This document shows, one piece after another, positions 33,784 through 41,542 of a DNA stretch of 44,379 nt. Both the position numbers and the translations under genes were made by a program. Numbering within the stretch: the stretch's first letter is position 1; each line of letters starts with the position of its first letter. Source of the DNA: Candidatus Firestoneibacteriota bacterium (lineage in GTDB: Bacteria; Oederibacteriota; D2-FULL-39-29; CAIOVX01); the NCBI GenBank assembly GCA_903915125.1, contig CAIWRR010000105.1, positions 1 to 44,379 on the forward strand, written 5' to 3'. The notes under the pieces are model-generated. The model saw only the letters and a program-made list of their open reading frames with translations. It had not been told where the DNA came from and searched no databases.

Positions 33784-34161
33784 TTAGTAGCTCATTGCGA
33801 CGATATCGTCGTCGCCCGTCTTACCGGACACTTCAACCAATACTTTGTTTGCCACGCAGACTATAGATTCACCCGGGGATGATATGCGGCCAAAAGCCAC
33901 GCAGAGTCCTTTGGGGCAGTCAGAACGCAATACCCTAACCTTGCCGTTCTTTACCTCAATATCCATATTTCCCGCCGTTACCAGCCTGTCGGCGTCAAGA
34001 GGCCCTTCCGCCACAAGTTTGTTGTCTTTAAATACTTTGAAAACTTTTGGTCCGCTCGTATCCCGGTGCAGGTACCAGTAGGGAACGGCAAAAACCAAAA
34101 TAAGCATAATTATTGAAAAGGCAAGATCAAAAGGCCTTATTTTAAGCTTTAACTCAGCCAA
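33784..34161 (-). CDS. NusG domain II-containing protein (DUF1312 family), membrane-anchored
   Basis: It has one TM and a C-terminal motif CPKGLCVAFGRISSPGESIVCVANKVLVEV typical of the family. I set the start at TTG 34161 (SD GGAGG 4 nt upstream). The upstream ATGs lie 5' of the sigma54 promoter. Confidence 0.7.
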   Translation of the reverse strand: MAELKLKIRPFDLAFSIIMLILVFAVPYWYLHRDTSGPKVFKVFKDNKLVAEGPLDADRLVTAGNMDIEVKNGKVRVLRSDCPKGLCVAFGRISSPGESIVCVANKVLVEVSGKTGDDDIVAMSY

Positions 34162-34187
34162 GTTTCCTCCTGCGTATACATTATTCA

Positions 34188-34203
34188 AGCAAGAAACGTG
34201 CCA
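34188..34203 (-). promoter_or_regulatory. Sigma54 (-24/-12) promoter TGGCACGTTTCTTGCT
   Basis: The minus-strand read is gtcT TGGCAC GTTTC TTGCT Tgaat. This matches the TGGCAC-N5-TTGCW consensus. It lies 27 nt upstream of the NusG-II start and 172 nt downstream of the sigma54 activator gene. Confidence 0.75.
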
Positions 34204-34375
34204 AGACTGTTTCATTGGAAAATAATGGTTTTGAACGAATGAAATATGAGCAGGCATTACGAAAAAGTAATGTTTGCGAAGAAGGTAATGAATAAGTGGC
34301 ACTTTAAATGTTAGAAGAGAGATTACGCGAGCAGTGTTAAGGCGCAGGTTTTGGAAACAATCCCCGGTGTTTAAA

Positions 34376-35722
34376 TCAGTCTATTCCGTATTCTTTCGAT
34401 TTCTCCCAGAGAGTCTTGGCTGAAATTCCGAGAATTTCTGCCGCTTTCTTTTTTACGCCGCCGGAGTGTTCCAACGACAGCAGAATGTGTTCTTTCTCTG
34501 CCTTCCTTACGACAGAATCAAGGCTGGATTCCTTCCAGAAGTTCTTTTCCAGGAAGTAGGTCGGGAGTTCTGAAGTTTTTATCTCTTTGTTTGCGGCAAG
34601 ACTAACGAGGCGTTCTATAAGGTTCTCGAGCTCGCGAATATTTCCGGGCCAGTAATAACGCCCCATTGCCTGCAGCACAGCCGGTTCAAGCTCTGTTTCT
34701 TTCTTGGTAGAGTTATTGAACTTCCTGAGAAAATGCGCCGCCAGAGCAGGAATATCTTCGCTCCGTTCCCTGAGCGGCGGCAGATTAATCTGTACCACAT
34801 TTAATCTGTAATATAAATCTTCTCTGAAGGAACCTTCTTTAATTCTTTCCCTCAGGTCGGCTTTCGTGGCGGAAATAATGCGTACATCGGTTTTTATGGT
34901 TTCAGTTCCGCCCACTCTTTCAAATTCCCTTTGCTGAATGACCCTGAGCAGTTTAACCTGGGCCGAGAGCTTCATGTCGTCAATGTCGTCAAGAAATATT
35001 GTTCCACCGTCGGCGAGCTCAAATCTTCCTATTTTTTTTCTGATGGCATCCGTAAAAGCGCCTTTCTCGTGTCCAAAAAGTTCGCTTTCAAGCAAAGCTT
35101 CGGGCAGGGCGCTGCAGTTGATCTTTATTAGAGGCCCGTCTTTTCTCGGGCTGAGTTTATGTATGGCTTCCGCTGCCAGTTCCTTTCCGGTGCCGTTCTC
35201 GCCCTGAACAAGGACCGTGGTATTGTACTGCGCGACTGATTCAATGAGCCTGAAAACATTTTCCATGACCCGGCTCTTGCCTATTATATTGACAAGCGAG
35301 CCGGACGGGCCCAGCCTGTTTTTTAGAATCATATTCTCTTTTTTGAGGGACTGCAGTTCAAGCCCGTTTCTTATGAGGAGCAGCATTTCTTCGACCAGGA
35401 AAGGTTTGGTCAGATAATCGAAAGCCCCGAGTTTCATAGCCTGGACGGCGGTTTCAACCGTGCCATAACCCGTCATAATTATGCAGACTGTTTCAGGAGA
35501 GGCTTCTTTAATGCGTTTCAGCACAGAAATACCGTCAAGCTTAGGCAGTTTCAAGTCCAGGATGACCAGCTCGAAATCGTTTTTTTTGAATTTTTCCACA
35601 CCTTCTATGCCGTCTACAGCCGGAGTTGTCGAAAACCCCGCCCGCCCAAGATTGTCCTCAAGCATATTGAGCATAAGGTCGTCGTCTTCAATTAGAAGTA
35701 TCCGCGGACCGGTTTCTGTCAT
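34376..35722 (-). CDS. Sigma54-dependent response regulator (NtrC family: receiver + AAA+ + Fis-type HTH)
   Basis: It has REC (ILLIEDDD...LVILDLKLP), Walker A GENGTGKE, a GAFTGA-variant loop EKGAFTDA, and a C-terminal HTH AAEILGISAKTLWEK. Confidence 0.95.
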   Translation of the reverse strand: MTETGPRILLIEDDDLMLNMLEDNLGRAGFSTTPAVDGIEGVEKFKKNDFELVILDLKLPKLDGISVLKRIKEASPETVCIIMTGYGTVETAVQAMKLGAFDYLTKPFLVEEMLLLIRNGLELQSLKKENMILKNRLGPSGSLVNIIGKSRVMENVFRLIESVAQYNTTVLVQGENGTGKELAAEAIHKLSPRKDGPLIKINCSALPEALLESELFGHEKGAFTDAIRKKIGRFELADGGTIFLDDIDDMKLSAQVKLLRVIQQREFERVGGTETIKTDVRIISATKADLRERIKEGSFREDLYYRLNVVQINLPPLRERSEDIPALAAHFLRKFNNSTKKETELEPAVLQAMGRYYWPGNIRELENLIERLVSLAANKEIKTSELPTYFLEKNFWKESSLDSVVRKAEKEHILLSLEHSGGVKKKAAEILGISAKTLWEKSKEYGID

Positions 35723-36807
35723 TTAAGCTCCTTGTATACCGGCAAGGTTATGCTGACTGCTGCACCGCCTTCCGGAGTGTTGTTAATGTCGAGCGTGCCT
35801 CTAAGCACTTGTATAATATTATAGCTGATAAACAACCCGAGGCCTGTTCCTTCGCCTACTTCTTTTGTAGTAAAGAATGGTGTGAAGAGTTTTTCTTTTT
35901 GCTCAGGAGTTATGCCCGCTCCGCTGTCTTTGAAAATTATGGAGATTACGTCGCCGTTTGCAAGAGTCGAGATTACAGTTTCTTTCCTTTTGGTTTTCTC
36001 CATTGCGTCAGCCGCATTCTTTAAAATATTATTGAAGACCTGGCTAAGCTGGGACGGGTCGGCGTATGTCTTCGGCAGATCAGGCGCGAGTTCCAGAGTG
36101 ATTTTTACTGACTTTTCTTTAAGCCTGAACCTGTTGAAATCGGCCAATTCCAGGAGCAATTTGTTTATGTCCACAGGTTCAAGATTTTGGCGTCCGGAGT
36201 AGCTGAGGATTTGTTTGACTACATTATCTATCCTGAACAGGCCTTTTAAGCTTTGTTCCAGATAATTTCGCGCGTCAGTTTTAAGTTCCGGATCAGAAAG
36301 CGCCGTGCGAATATAATTGATAACAGCTCCGAGCGGGTTGTTTATCTCGTGCGCGATGCCGGCAGAGAACCTGCTGAGCGCGGCGACCTTTGCCGCCTGC
36401 GAGAGCCGCGATTCCGCCTCTTTAAGTTCTGCCGTCCTGTTCCTGACTGTCACGCCTATTTCCCTGTTCTTTTTATCCAGTTCCTTTAACAGATAAACGC
36501 TCGTAGTCTTAAATTCCGATAATTTCTTCTGGGCCTCGGTTAGTTCCTCTTTTTCTTTCAGGAGTTTTTCGGTAACAGATTTGAATTGCGCGGACATGAC
36601 CTCGAGTGTTTGAAAGCAGTCAGCGGGATTATAATTAGCTTTGAACACTCTGCAGTCAACGCAGGCAGACATCTTTTCTATGCAGTCGCCGCTTATCGTG
36701 TCATTGCACAAAGTTCCGCCGACCAGCCAGCATTTCTTTTCTGAATTTTCGCGCGCAGGGCATTCTTTCAGCCCGCATTCCAGTATTTCCCAGCAATTGT
36801 TTTTCAT
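35719..36807 (-). CDS. Soluble histidine kinase with a Cys-rich N-terminal sensor domain
   Basis: There are no TM segments. Nine Cys fall within aa 1-64, including two CW dipeptides. A coiled coil follows, then the H-box AHEINNPLGAV, the N-box NILKNAADAM, and DSGAGI / GTGLGLFISY. Confidence 0.9.
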   Translation of the reverse strand: MKNNCWEILECGLKECPARENSEKKCWLVGGTLCNDTISGDCIEKMSACVDCRVFKANYNPADCFQTLEVMSAQFKSVTEKLLKEKEELTEAQKKLSEFKTTSVYLLKELDKKNREIGVTVRNRTAELKEAESRLSQAAKVAALSRFSAGIAHEINNPLGAVINYIRTALSDPELKTDARNYLEQSLKGLFRIDNVVKQILSYSGRQNLEPVDINKLLLELADFNRFRLKEKSVKITLELAPDLPKTYADPSQLSQVFNNILKNAADAMEKTKRKETVISTLANGDVISIIFKDSGAGITPEQKEKLFTPFFTTKEVGEGTGLGLFISYNIIQVLRGTLDINNTPEGGAAVSITLPVYKELK

Positions 36808-37269
36808 TTAAAACTCGAGCACCGTGGGCGCTTCATCGTTTAGAGCCTCGCTATAAACACGGAAACGCAGCAGCGTGGGGGAAAGTTTGAGGAAAACGAA
36901 ATGTTCCGCAGTCAGCCCTGCCTCGAGGGCCACATCGGCAAATGGATTTCTTCCTTTTAATGCTTGCAGAGCGCGTCCTTGCTCTTGCTCGGAATCAATA
37001 ACGCTCACATAACCATTTAGCTCGCATTCCCAGGAAAGATCGAATGGAGTTTCGAGGCTGTGCACCAGTACGCTCACCTTGCCGGCATCCGAGAGGTGCG
37101 ACAGTTTGGGGCTGTCTTTTAGAGTCATCAGGTAACACTCAAACTTTTCTGAAATTCCATAATACATAATACGAAGGCGTATCTGCCCGCCTTTGTTATC
37201 ATTCGTCGCGATAACTGCGACCTGGCTTTCCTTCAGACGTTTTATTATCACATCCTTGGAATACTGCAT
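36808..37269 (-). CDS. Pyridoxamine 5'-phosphate oxidase-like (split-barrel FMN-binding) family protein
   Basis: 153 aa. The pattern VAVIATNDNKGGQIRLRIMYY...CYLMTLKDSPK resembles the PNPOx/GSP26-like fold. The start is ATG 37269, preceded by the SD GGAGGG. Confidence 0.5.
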   Translation of the reverse strand: MQYSKDVIIKRLKESQVAVIATNDNKGGQIRLRIMYYGISEKFECYLMTLKDSPKLSHLSDAGKVSVLVHSLETPFDLSWECELNGYVSVIDSEQEQGRALQALKGRNPFADVALEAGLTAEHFVFLKLSPTLLRFRVYSEALNDEAPTVLEF

Positions 37270-37441
37270 TGTGAACCCTCCCTGCATGACTAACTATATC
37301 TTATATCAATAAAGAACGCTGTTCAAGGAGTAAGCGGGTATTAATTGACATATTAACGAAAAGGAAGGTAACTGGGAGAAAGAAAATACAAATAGGCCTC
37401 AATTTGAATGAGACGGAACGGCTAAGGTACCTGCAGAAAAT

Positions 37442-38926
37442 CTACTTCATCAGAGGATCTCTTTTGGCTTCCTCAACTATTTCATCGATTGCCTTGACCT
37501 GTTCCCGGCTTAGCGGAGATTCTGCTTCCACGGCGAGAAGCTCCTCGGCCTTGGCTGCCGCGAGCTTTTCGAATCTGCGGCTATCCAGCGAATCACCCGT
37601 ACCCCACGAAAGAGCGTCAAAAAAAGGCGAGAGCAGCTCCTCCTCCTTAAAGCGAAGCATCGTGCTTTCGCTGCTTACCGTATTCCCGCCGATACCGGCG
37701 CTTTTTACGGTTTCATAATCAAGCGTCTCATCCGTAACTTCGACCCCCTTTACGGCGCGCCGCACATAGCGGGCAATTTCGTTGTCAATGACAAGCTGTA
37801 ACGGAGAGAAAGTTATGGCGTTCTCAAGATGGCCTACCGTTCCAAAACCTATAGCCCCGGCGAGGACAGGAGCAAGCATTGATATTCCTTTCTCAACACC
37901 TGCCTGAATACCGGCAACACACGCGTTAGTCTTTCCCCCGTGCACTCCTGAAGGACAGCCGTAGAACTCGCTAATAAGTTGTATCCTTGCCGAAAGCAGC
38001 GGCACTCTCTCCGCCCCGGCGTAACCGAAGAGCATGGAGCGCATATCGCAGTATCCCGGGTTGATATCCACTCCGATTGTTGCTTCCGGGTTGACGGCAA
38101 AACCAAGGACCAGCCCGCCAAGCGTCTCTGCGGCTCCCATCGAAAGTGTTCCGGCGGCAGACATTGGTGTTGTGGCGCCCGCGTTTGGCATTGATTCAAT
38201 GGTCTGCGGCAGGCCTCTTTCAAGATGAGCAATAAGCACATCCGCCATAACCTCGTCCAGGCAAAGCGGCGATCTTACTTCCGCGTAACCGGCAAGGATA
38301 GGGTTTTCTTGCAACGCTTTTGTTCCGCCTTGCACAACTTCGCCTATTCTTGAAATGTATTCGACATCGCGCGCTTTAAAAGTTTCAATTCCCCCAAACT
38401 TCTTTGTGGCCTTCGCGAGCTCGGCAGCCATAGCAACAGTTCGAATTCCAACAGGCACTTCCTGCGCGGCAACAGGGAGACCGGAATAAGTAATCTGATC
38501 CAGTCTGTCGGCAAGTTTCAATGAATCTCTGACATCGGAAATTGAGGCAGGCCTTCTTTTGCCGTCGAGATCCAGGACAAAACAGCAAAACCCGCCGGTT
38601 GAAACAGAGAAATCCTCATGAATTTTAAAGGGCTTTTTATCGAACCTCACCTGCGAATAGCGGACTGACATTCTCTTGGGGAGTCTTTTTGAAGAGGAAT
38701 AGTTGGCCTTCATCTTTGTGACCGCGTTCTCGATGATTTGTCTTGGAAATTTGACGGTTCTTCTTTCAAAATCGACGCTGCAGCCCGCGTCGCGCAGGTA
38801 CTCAAGCGATTTTAAATGGTCAATCTTCATGCCTGTGTCTTCAAGTATTCTGCAGGCATTCTCGTGAATACGCTGCATTTCTTCGGCCGACAGGAATCTT
38901 ACCGGTTCCATTTCAGAAGTTTTCAT
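37442..38926 (-). CDS. MttB-superfamily methyltransferase, non-pyrrolysine type (quaternary amine:corrinoid methyltransferase-like)
   Basis: 494 aa counted from ATG 38926 (SD GGAGG). It shows family-wide resemblance (RIHENACRILEDTGMKI..., ...GYAEVRSPL...). There is no in-frame TAG. Confidence 0.8.
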   Translation of the reverse strand: MKTSEMEPVRFLSAEEMQRIHENACRILEDTGMKIDHLKSLEYLRDAGCSVDFERRTVKFPRQIIENAVTKMKANYSSSKRLPKRMSVRYSQVRFDKKPFKIHEDFSVSTGGFCCFVLDLDGKRRPASISDVRDSLKLADRLDQITYSGLPVAAQEVPVGIRTVAMAAELAKATKKFGGIETFKARDVEYISRIGEVVQGGTKALQENPILAGYAEVRSPLCLDEVMADVLIAHLERGLPQTIESMPNAGATTPMSAAGTLSMGAAETLGGLVLGFAVNPEATIGVDINPGYCDMRSMLFGYAGAERVPLLSARIQLISEFYGCPSGVHGGKTNACVAGIQAGVEKGISMLAPVLAGAIGFGTVGHLENAITFSPLQLVIDNEIARYVRRAVKGVEVTDETLDYETVKSAGIGGNTVSSESTMLRFKEEELLSPFFDALSWGTGDSLDSRRFEKLAAAKAEELLAVEAESPLSREQVKAIDEIVEEAKRDPLMK

Positions 38927-38957
38927 ATAGACCTCCGATTCAAATTGCATTTTACTA

Positions 38958-38986
38958 ATTATATCTGTTGCCGCTGCAGTTGACCA
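38958..38986 (-). promoter_or_regulatory. Candidate sigma70 promoter for the mttB-like gene (TGGTCA-17 nt-TATAAT)
   Basis: The minus-strand read is TGGTCA actgcagcggcaacaga TATAAT, 32 nt upstream of the ATG. Confidence 0.35.
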
Positions 38987-39049
38987 GGGTTTATTATTGG
39001 AGTTTATTGTGATAAGTCGGGTTAAAATACGATATAGAGAAAACCGTAA

Positions 39050-39078
39050 TTGACATAAGTTTATTAATAGAATATAAT
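39050..39078 (+). promoter_or_regulatory. Consensus sigma70 promoter (TTGACA-17 nt-TATAAT) for the + strand OMP/FN3-propeller pair
   Basis: The plus-strand read is TTGACA taagtttattaatagaa TATAAT, 58 nt upstream of ATG 39137. Confidence 0.6.
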
Positions 39079-39136
39079 AATTCTGTTTGAAAGTATTGTC
39101 GGTCAGCAGGCTGATAATCCTGCTCGGGAGATTCAA

Positions 39137-39628
39137 ATGGCAAAGAAAGTATTCCTCGCTCTATTCTTGTTTTTGTCCTGCATGTCGGTTCTGTCCGCGG
39201 ATGTAATCCTCCTTGAACAGGAAGAAGCCCTAAACACTAACCTCTTCAAAGGGAAGATAGGAGTTGGATTCAATTGGACAGGCGCGCAGGCCAGGATGGA
39301 CATCGGCAGCAACTTCCTGGCAGAAATTCGCGGCCAATATTCGGGCAACAACCTTCTGCTCGCCGTCAGAGGATATTATGTTATGCCAAAATTATCCGGC
39401 CAGCCGCCGGTGCAGCCTTATGCCGGATTAGAAATTGGGCTTCCGTTTTCGACAGTGCTCACTTCCGGGTTTGAAGCGGGCGCATTCTTCGGCGGAGAGG
39501 TCTTTGTAACAAAAAACATCGGAGTCGGGCTTGATGTCGGACCGTATTTTATCTCTATATCGAGCGATCTAGGAAATGTAAGCGACTTTGGAATAATATT
39601 TAATCTTGGCGTGACCTATTATTTTTAA
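39137..39628 (+). CDS. Small outer-membrane beta-barrel protein (8-strand OmpA-TM/OmpW-like size class)
   Basis: 163 aa with the signal peptide MAKKVFLALFLFLSCMSVLSA, alternating beta pattern, and a C-terminal ...LGVTYYF. Confidence 0.6.
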   Translation: MAKKVFLALFLFLSCMSVLSADVILLEQEEALNTNLFKGKIGVGFNWTGAQARMDIGSNFLAEIRGQYSGNNLLLAVRGYYVMPKLSGQPPVQPYAGLEIGLPFSTVLTSGFEAGAFFGGEVFVTKNIGVGLDVGPYFISISSDLGNVSDFGIIFNLGVTYYF

Positions 39629-39643
39629 AAGGCGGGTGTCAGC

Positions 39644-41485
39644 ATGAAAAAGGCGATACTTCTCGCGATATTTATGGTCTTTCTCCTGGCTCTTTTGATC
39701 TGCACAGGTGAAAAAGCGCACTCATTTTTTATCGGGTTCGGTTCCGGAGGCGCGGTAAGCAGTACAATAAAAGACGGACAGAATAAGGGGCTTATCCCGA
39801 TTGACGCTGCGCCTCCTTCAAAACTCTCCACCACCCTTGCGGGTTGGACTGAAATAGATCTTACCTGGCAGAACAATACACCCGGACAGACAAACGTGCT
39901 CATCCAGAGGATGACCGCCGGAGGCAGTTATTCTACAATAGCAACTTTAGCGGCAGCAGCCACCGCTTACGCGGATAATTCAGTTATTGCAAACAACACC
40001 TATACGTACAGGCTGCGGGCGACTACCGCGGCAGGGATTACAAAAGCGTCGAACGAAGATTCAAACTCTACGTCCGCTCCGCAGGCTCCGACCCTGCTTA
40101 TAGGCGCAGCTGCAGGATCAACTTCGATTGCGCTTAACTGGACGGTAAACTCAGTAAATGAATCCGGATTTTATATTGAGGAGGCAGTCGGAAGCGGTAC
40201 TTTCAGTTCAACTGTGACTGTCGCGAGAAGGACGGCGGCTTATACCTGGACCAACCTTTCACAGAATGCTCCTTACTCATTCCGCGTAAGGGCTTTTAAT
40301 ATTTTAGGAAACTCAGCATACTCTAACACGACCCTGGTCACGACGTCGTTATATAACTGGACCTCGTCAACTGTGCTGAGCCTATACGCCAGTTCCCTCT
40401 ACAAAATGGCGTTCGGAAACGGAAGAAATGACGGTACAAATCGAATATATTGCGGTTCAGCCAGCCCCACTTATTACGTCTATGAATGCACCTGGACAGG
40501 CAGTTCCTGGCAGACTGTAAACGCCACTCCAATTTCAACAAGCAGCGGTACGGCGCTGCTGACAAATTGGACCAACGGCGGAGTTATTGCACAGGCCATT
40601 GCAATAGGCAATATTAGGAATGACGGCACGAGCAGGCTGGTTTACGCAACCGGCGGAGGCTCAATTTCAGGCATCGGACAAGCATATGTGGGCCAAATAG
40701 ATTATAACGGATCCAATTTTGTATGGACAAATCTTTCCCCTGCCGGCCACAGTTACAATAACTGGGATGTGCAAATGTTCCAAGTACCAGGCACCGCTGC
40801 TGATCCTGATAAAGGACTCAATAAGGTTTACTCGACTTCAGACAGTACTTCTCCAAGAGTTTATCAGGCAAACTTCACTACAGGTATCTGGAAAGAAACC
40901 GGAGCAAGCGTCTCAACCTCCAAATTGATATATTCCATGATTTGTGACAGCCTCCAGCAATCAGACTCCATTGCGAGAATATACGGCGCATCTCAGCAAG
41001 GCAATATTTACGAATATTCCTGGACAGCAACCTCAAACGTAACTAATTTTGCAGAGACTGTGTTGACAAATCTGACTAATTTGCCAATTACCGACGGAAC
41101 AAAACTGCTCGCTTCAGGGCCTTGCAGAAACGACGGCGTCAAAAGGCTCTATTATGCGGGCGGCGACGGGCATGTATATGAATTAACTTCAACTGCAGCC
41201 CCGACCATCTGGAGTAAAACGGATACGGGAAGCCTGACAAACGCTGTAGTCGCCATAACAGCCGGAGTATTGACTTCTGACGGGAATACCAATATTTACG
41301 CTGCAAATTCAAGCAGGGACCTATTCCAGATATCCTACGTAAACAGCGCCTTTTCAATTGTCAGAATAGCCACGACTATTGATCTGATTGTTGATTTGCA
41401 GATTTTCGCAGGCAGGAACGACGGAATCTCCAGGTTGTATGCCAGCACTAAGAACGGTCAAATAATAGAATACACGCCGCAGTAA
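39644..41485 (+). CDS. Exported protein: two fibronectin type III domains + ~7-blade beta-propeller-like repeat domain
   Basis: It has a signal peptide. FN3-like units lie at about aa 55-140 and 145-235 (LTWQ...YTYRLRA; LNWT...YSFRVRAFN). A repeat G-x-x-R-N-D-G-x-x-R-[IL]-Y ... G-x-[IV]-Y-E-[YL] then recurs about every 45-64 aa. Confidence 0.7.
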   Translation: MKKAILLAIFMVFLLALLICTGEKAHSFFIGFGSGGAVSSTIKDGQNKGLIPIDAAPPSKLSTTLAGWTEIDLTWQNNTPGQTNVLIQRMTAGGSYSTIATLAAAATAYADNSVIANNTYTYRLRATTAAGITKASNEDSNSTSAPQAPTLLIGAAAGSTSIALNWTVNSVNESGFYIEEAVGSGTFSSTVTVARRTAAYTWTNLSQNAPYSFRVRAFNILGNSAYSNTTLVTTSLYNWTSSTVLSLYASSLYKMAFGNGRNDGTNRIYCGSASPTYYVYECTWTGSSWQTVNATPISTSSGTALLTNWTNGGVIAQAIAIGNIRNDGTSRLVYATGGGSISGIGQAYVGQIDYNGSNFVWTNLSPAGHSYNNWDVQMFQVPGTAADPDKGLNKVYSTSDSTSPRVYQANFTTGIWKETGASVSTSKLIYSMICDSLQQSDSIARIYGASQQGNIYEYSWTATSNVTNFAETVLTNLTNLPITDGTKLLASGPCRNDGVKRLYYAGGDGHVYELTSTAAPTIWSKTDTGSLTNAVVAITAGVLTSDGNTNIYAANSSRDLFQISYVNSAFSIVRIATTIDLIVDLQIFAGRNDGISRLYASTKNGQIIEYTPQ

Positions 41486-41500
41486 CTGCCTGAATAAATT

Positions 41501-41528
41501 AAAAGGGGCCGCATAACGGCCCCTTTTT
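41501..41528. terminator. Bidirectional rho-independent terminator between convergent genes
   Basis: AAAA-GGGGCCG-cataa-CGGCCCC-TTTTT. Confidence 0.75.
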
Positions 41529-41542
41529 CATTGCGATTCTTC

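Noticed and set aside
34297-34312. Second TGGCAC hexamer, on the + strand
   Set aside because: TTGC does not follow at the -12 position (TGGCAC tttaa atgt), and it points away from any gene. It is not a sigma54 promoter. It could be part of an activator-binding site, but I cannot support that.
37298-37326. Possible sigma70 promoter (TTGAAC-17-TAAGAT) for the PNPOx/kinase/activator operon
   Set aside because: The match is weak in both hexamers and several alternatives are equally plausible in this AT-rich region. I did not list it as a feature.
39644-41485. Apparent excess of N-x-S/T sequons (about 16) in the FN3/propeller protein as evidence of N-glycosylation
   Set aside because: The protein is strongly enriched in Asn, Ser and Thr overall, so the count is close to the compositional expectation. 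There is no nearby oligosaccharyltransferase gene.
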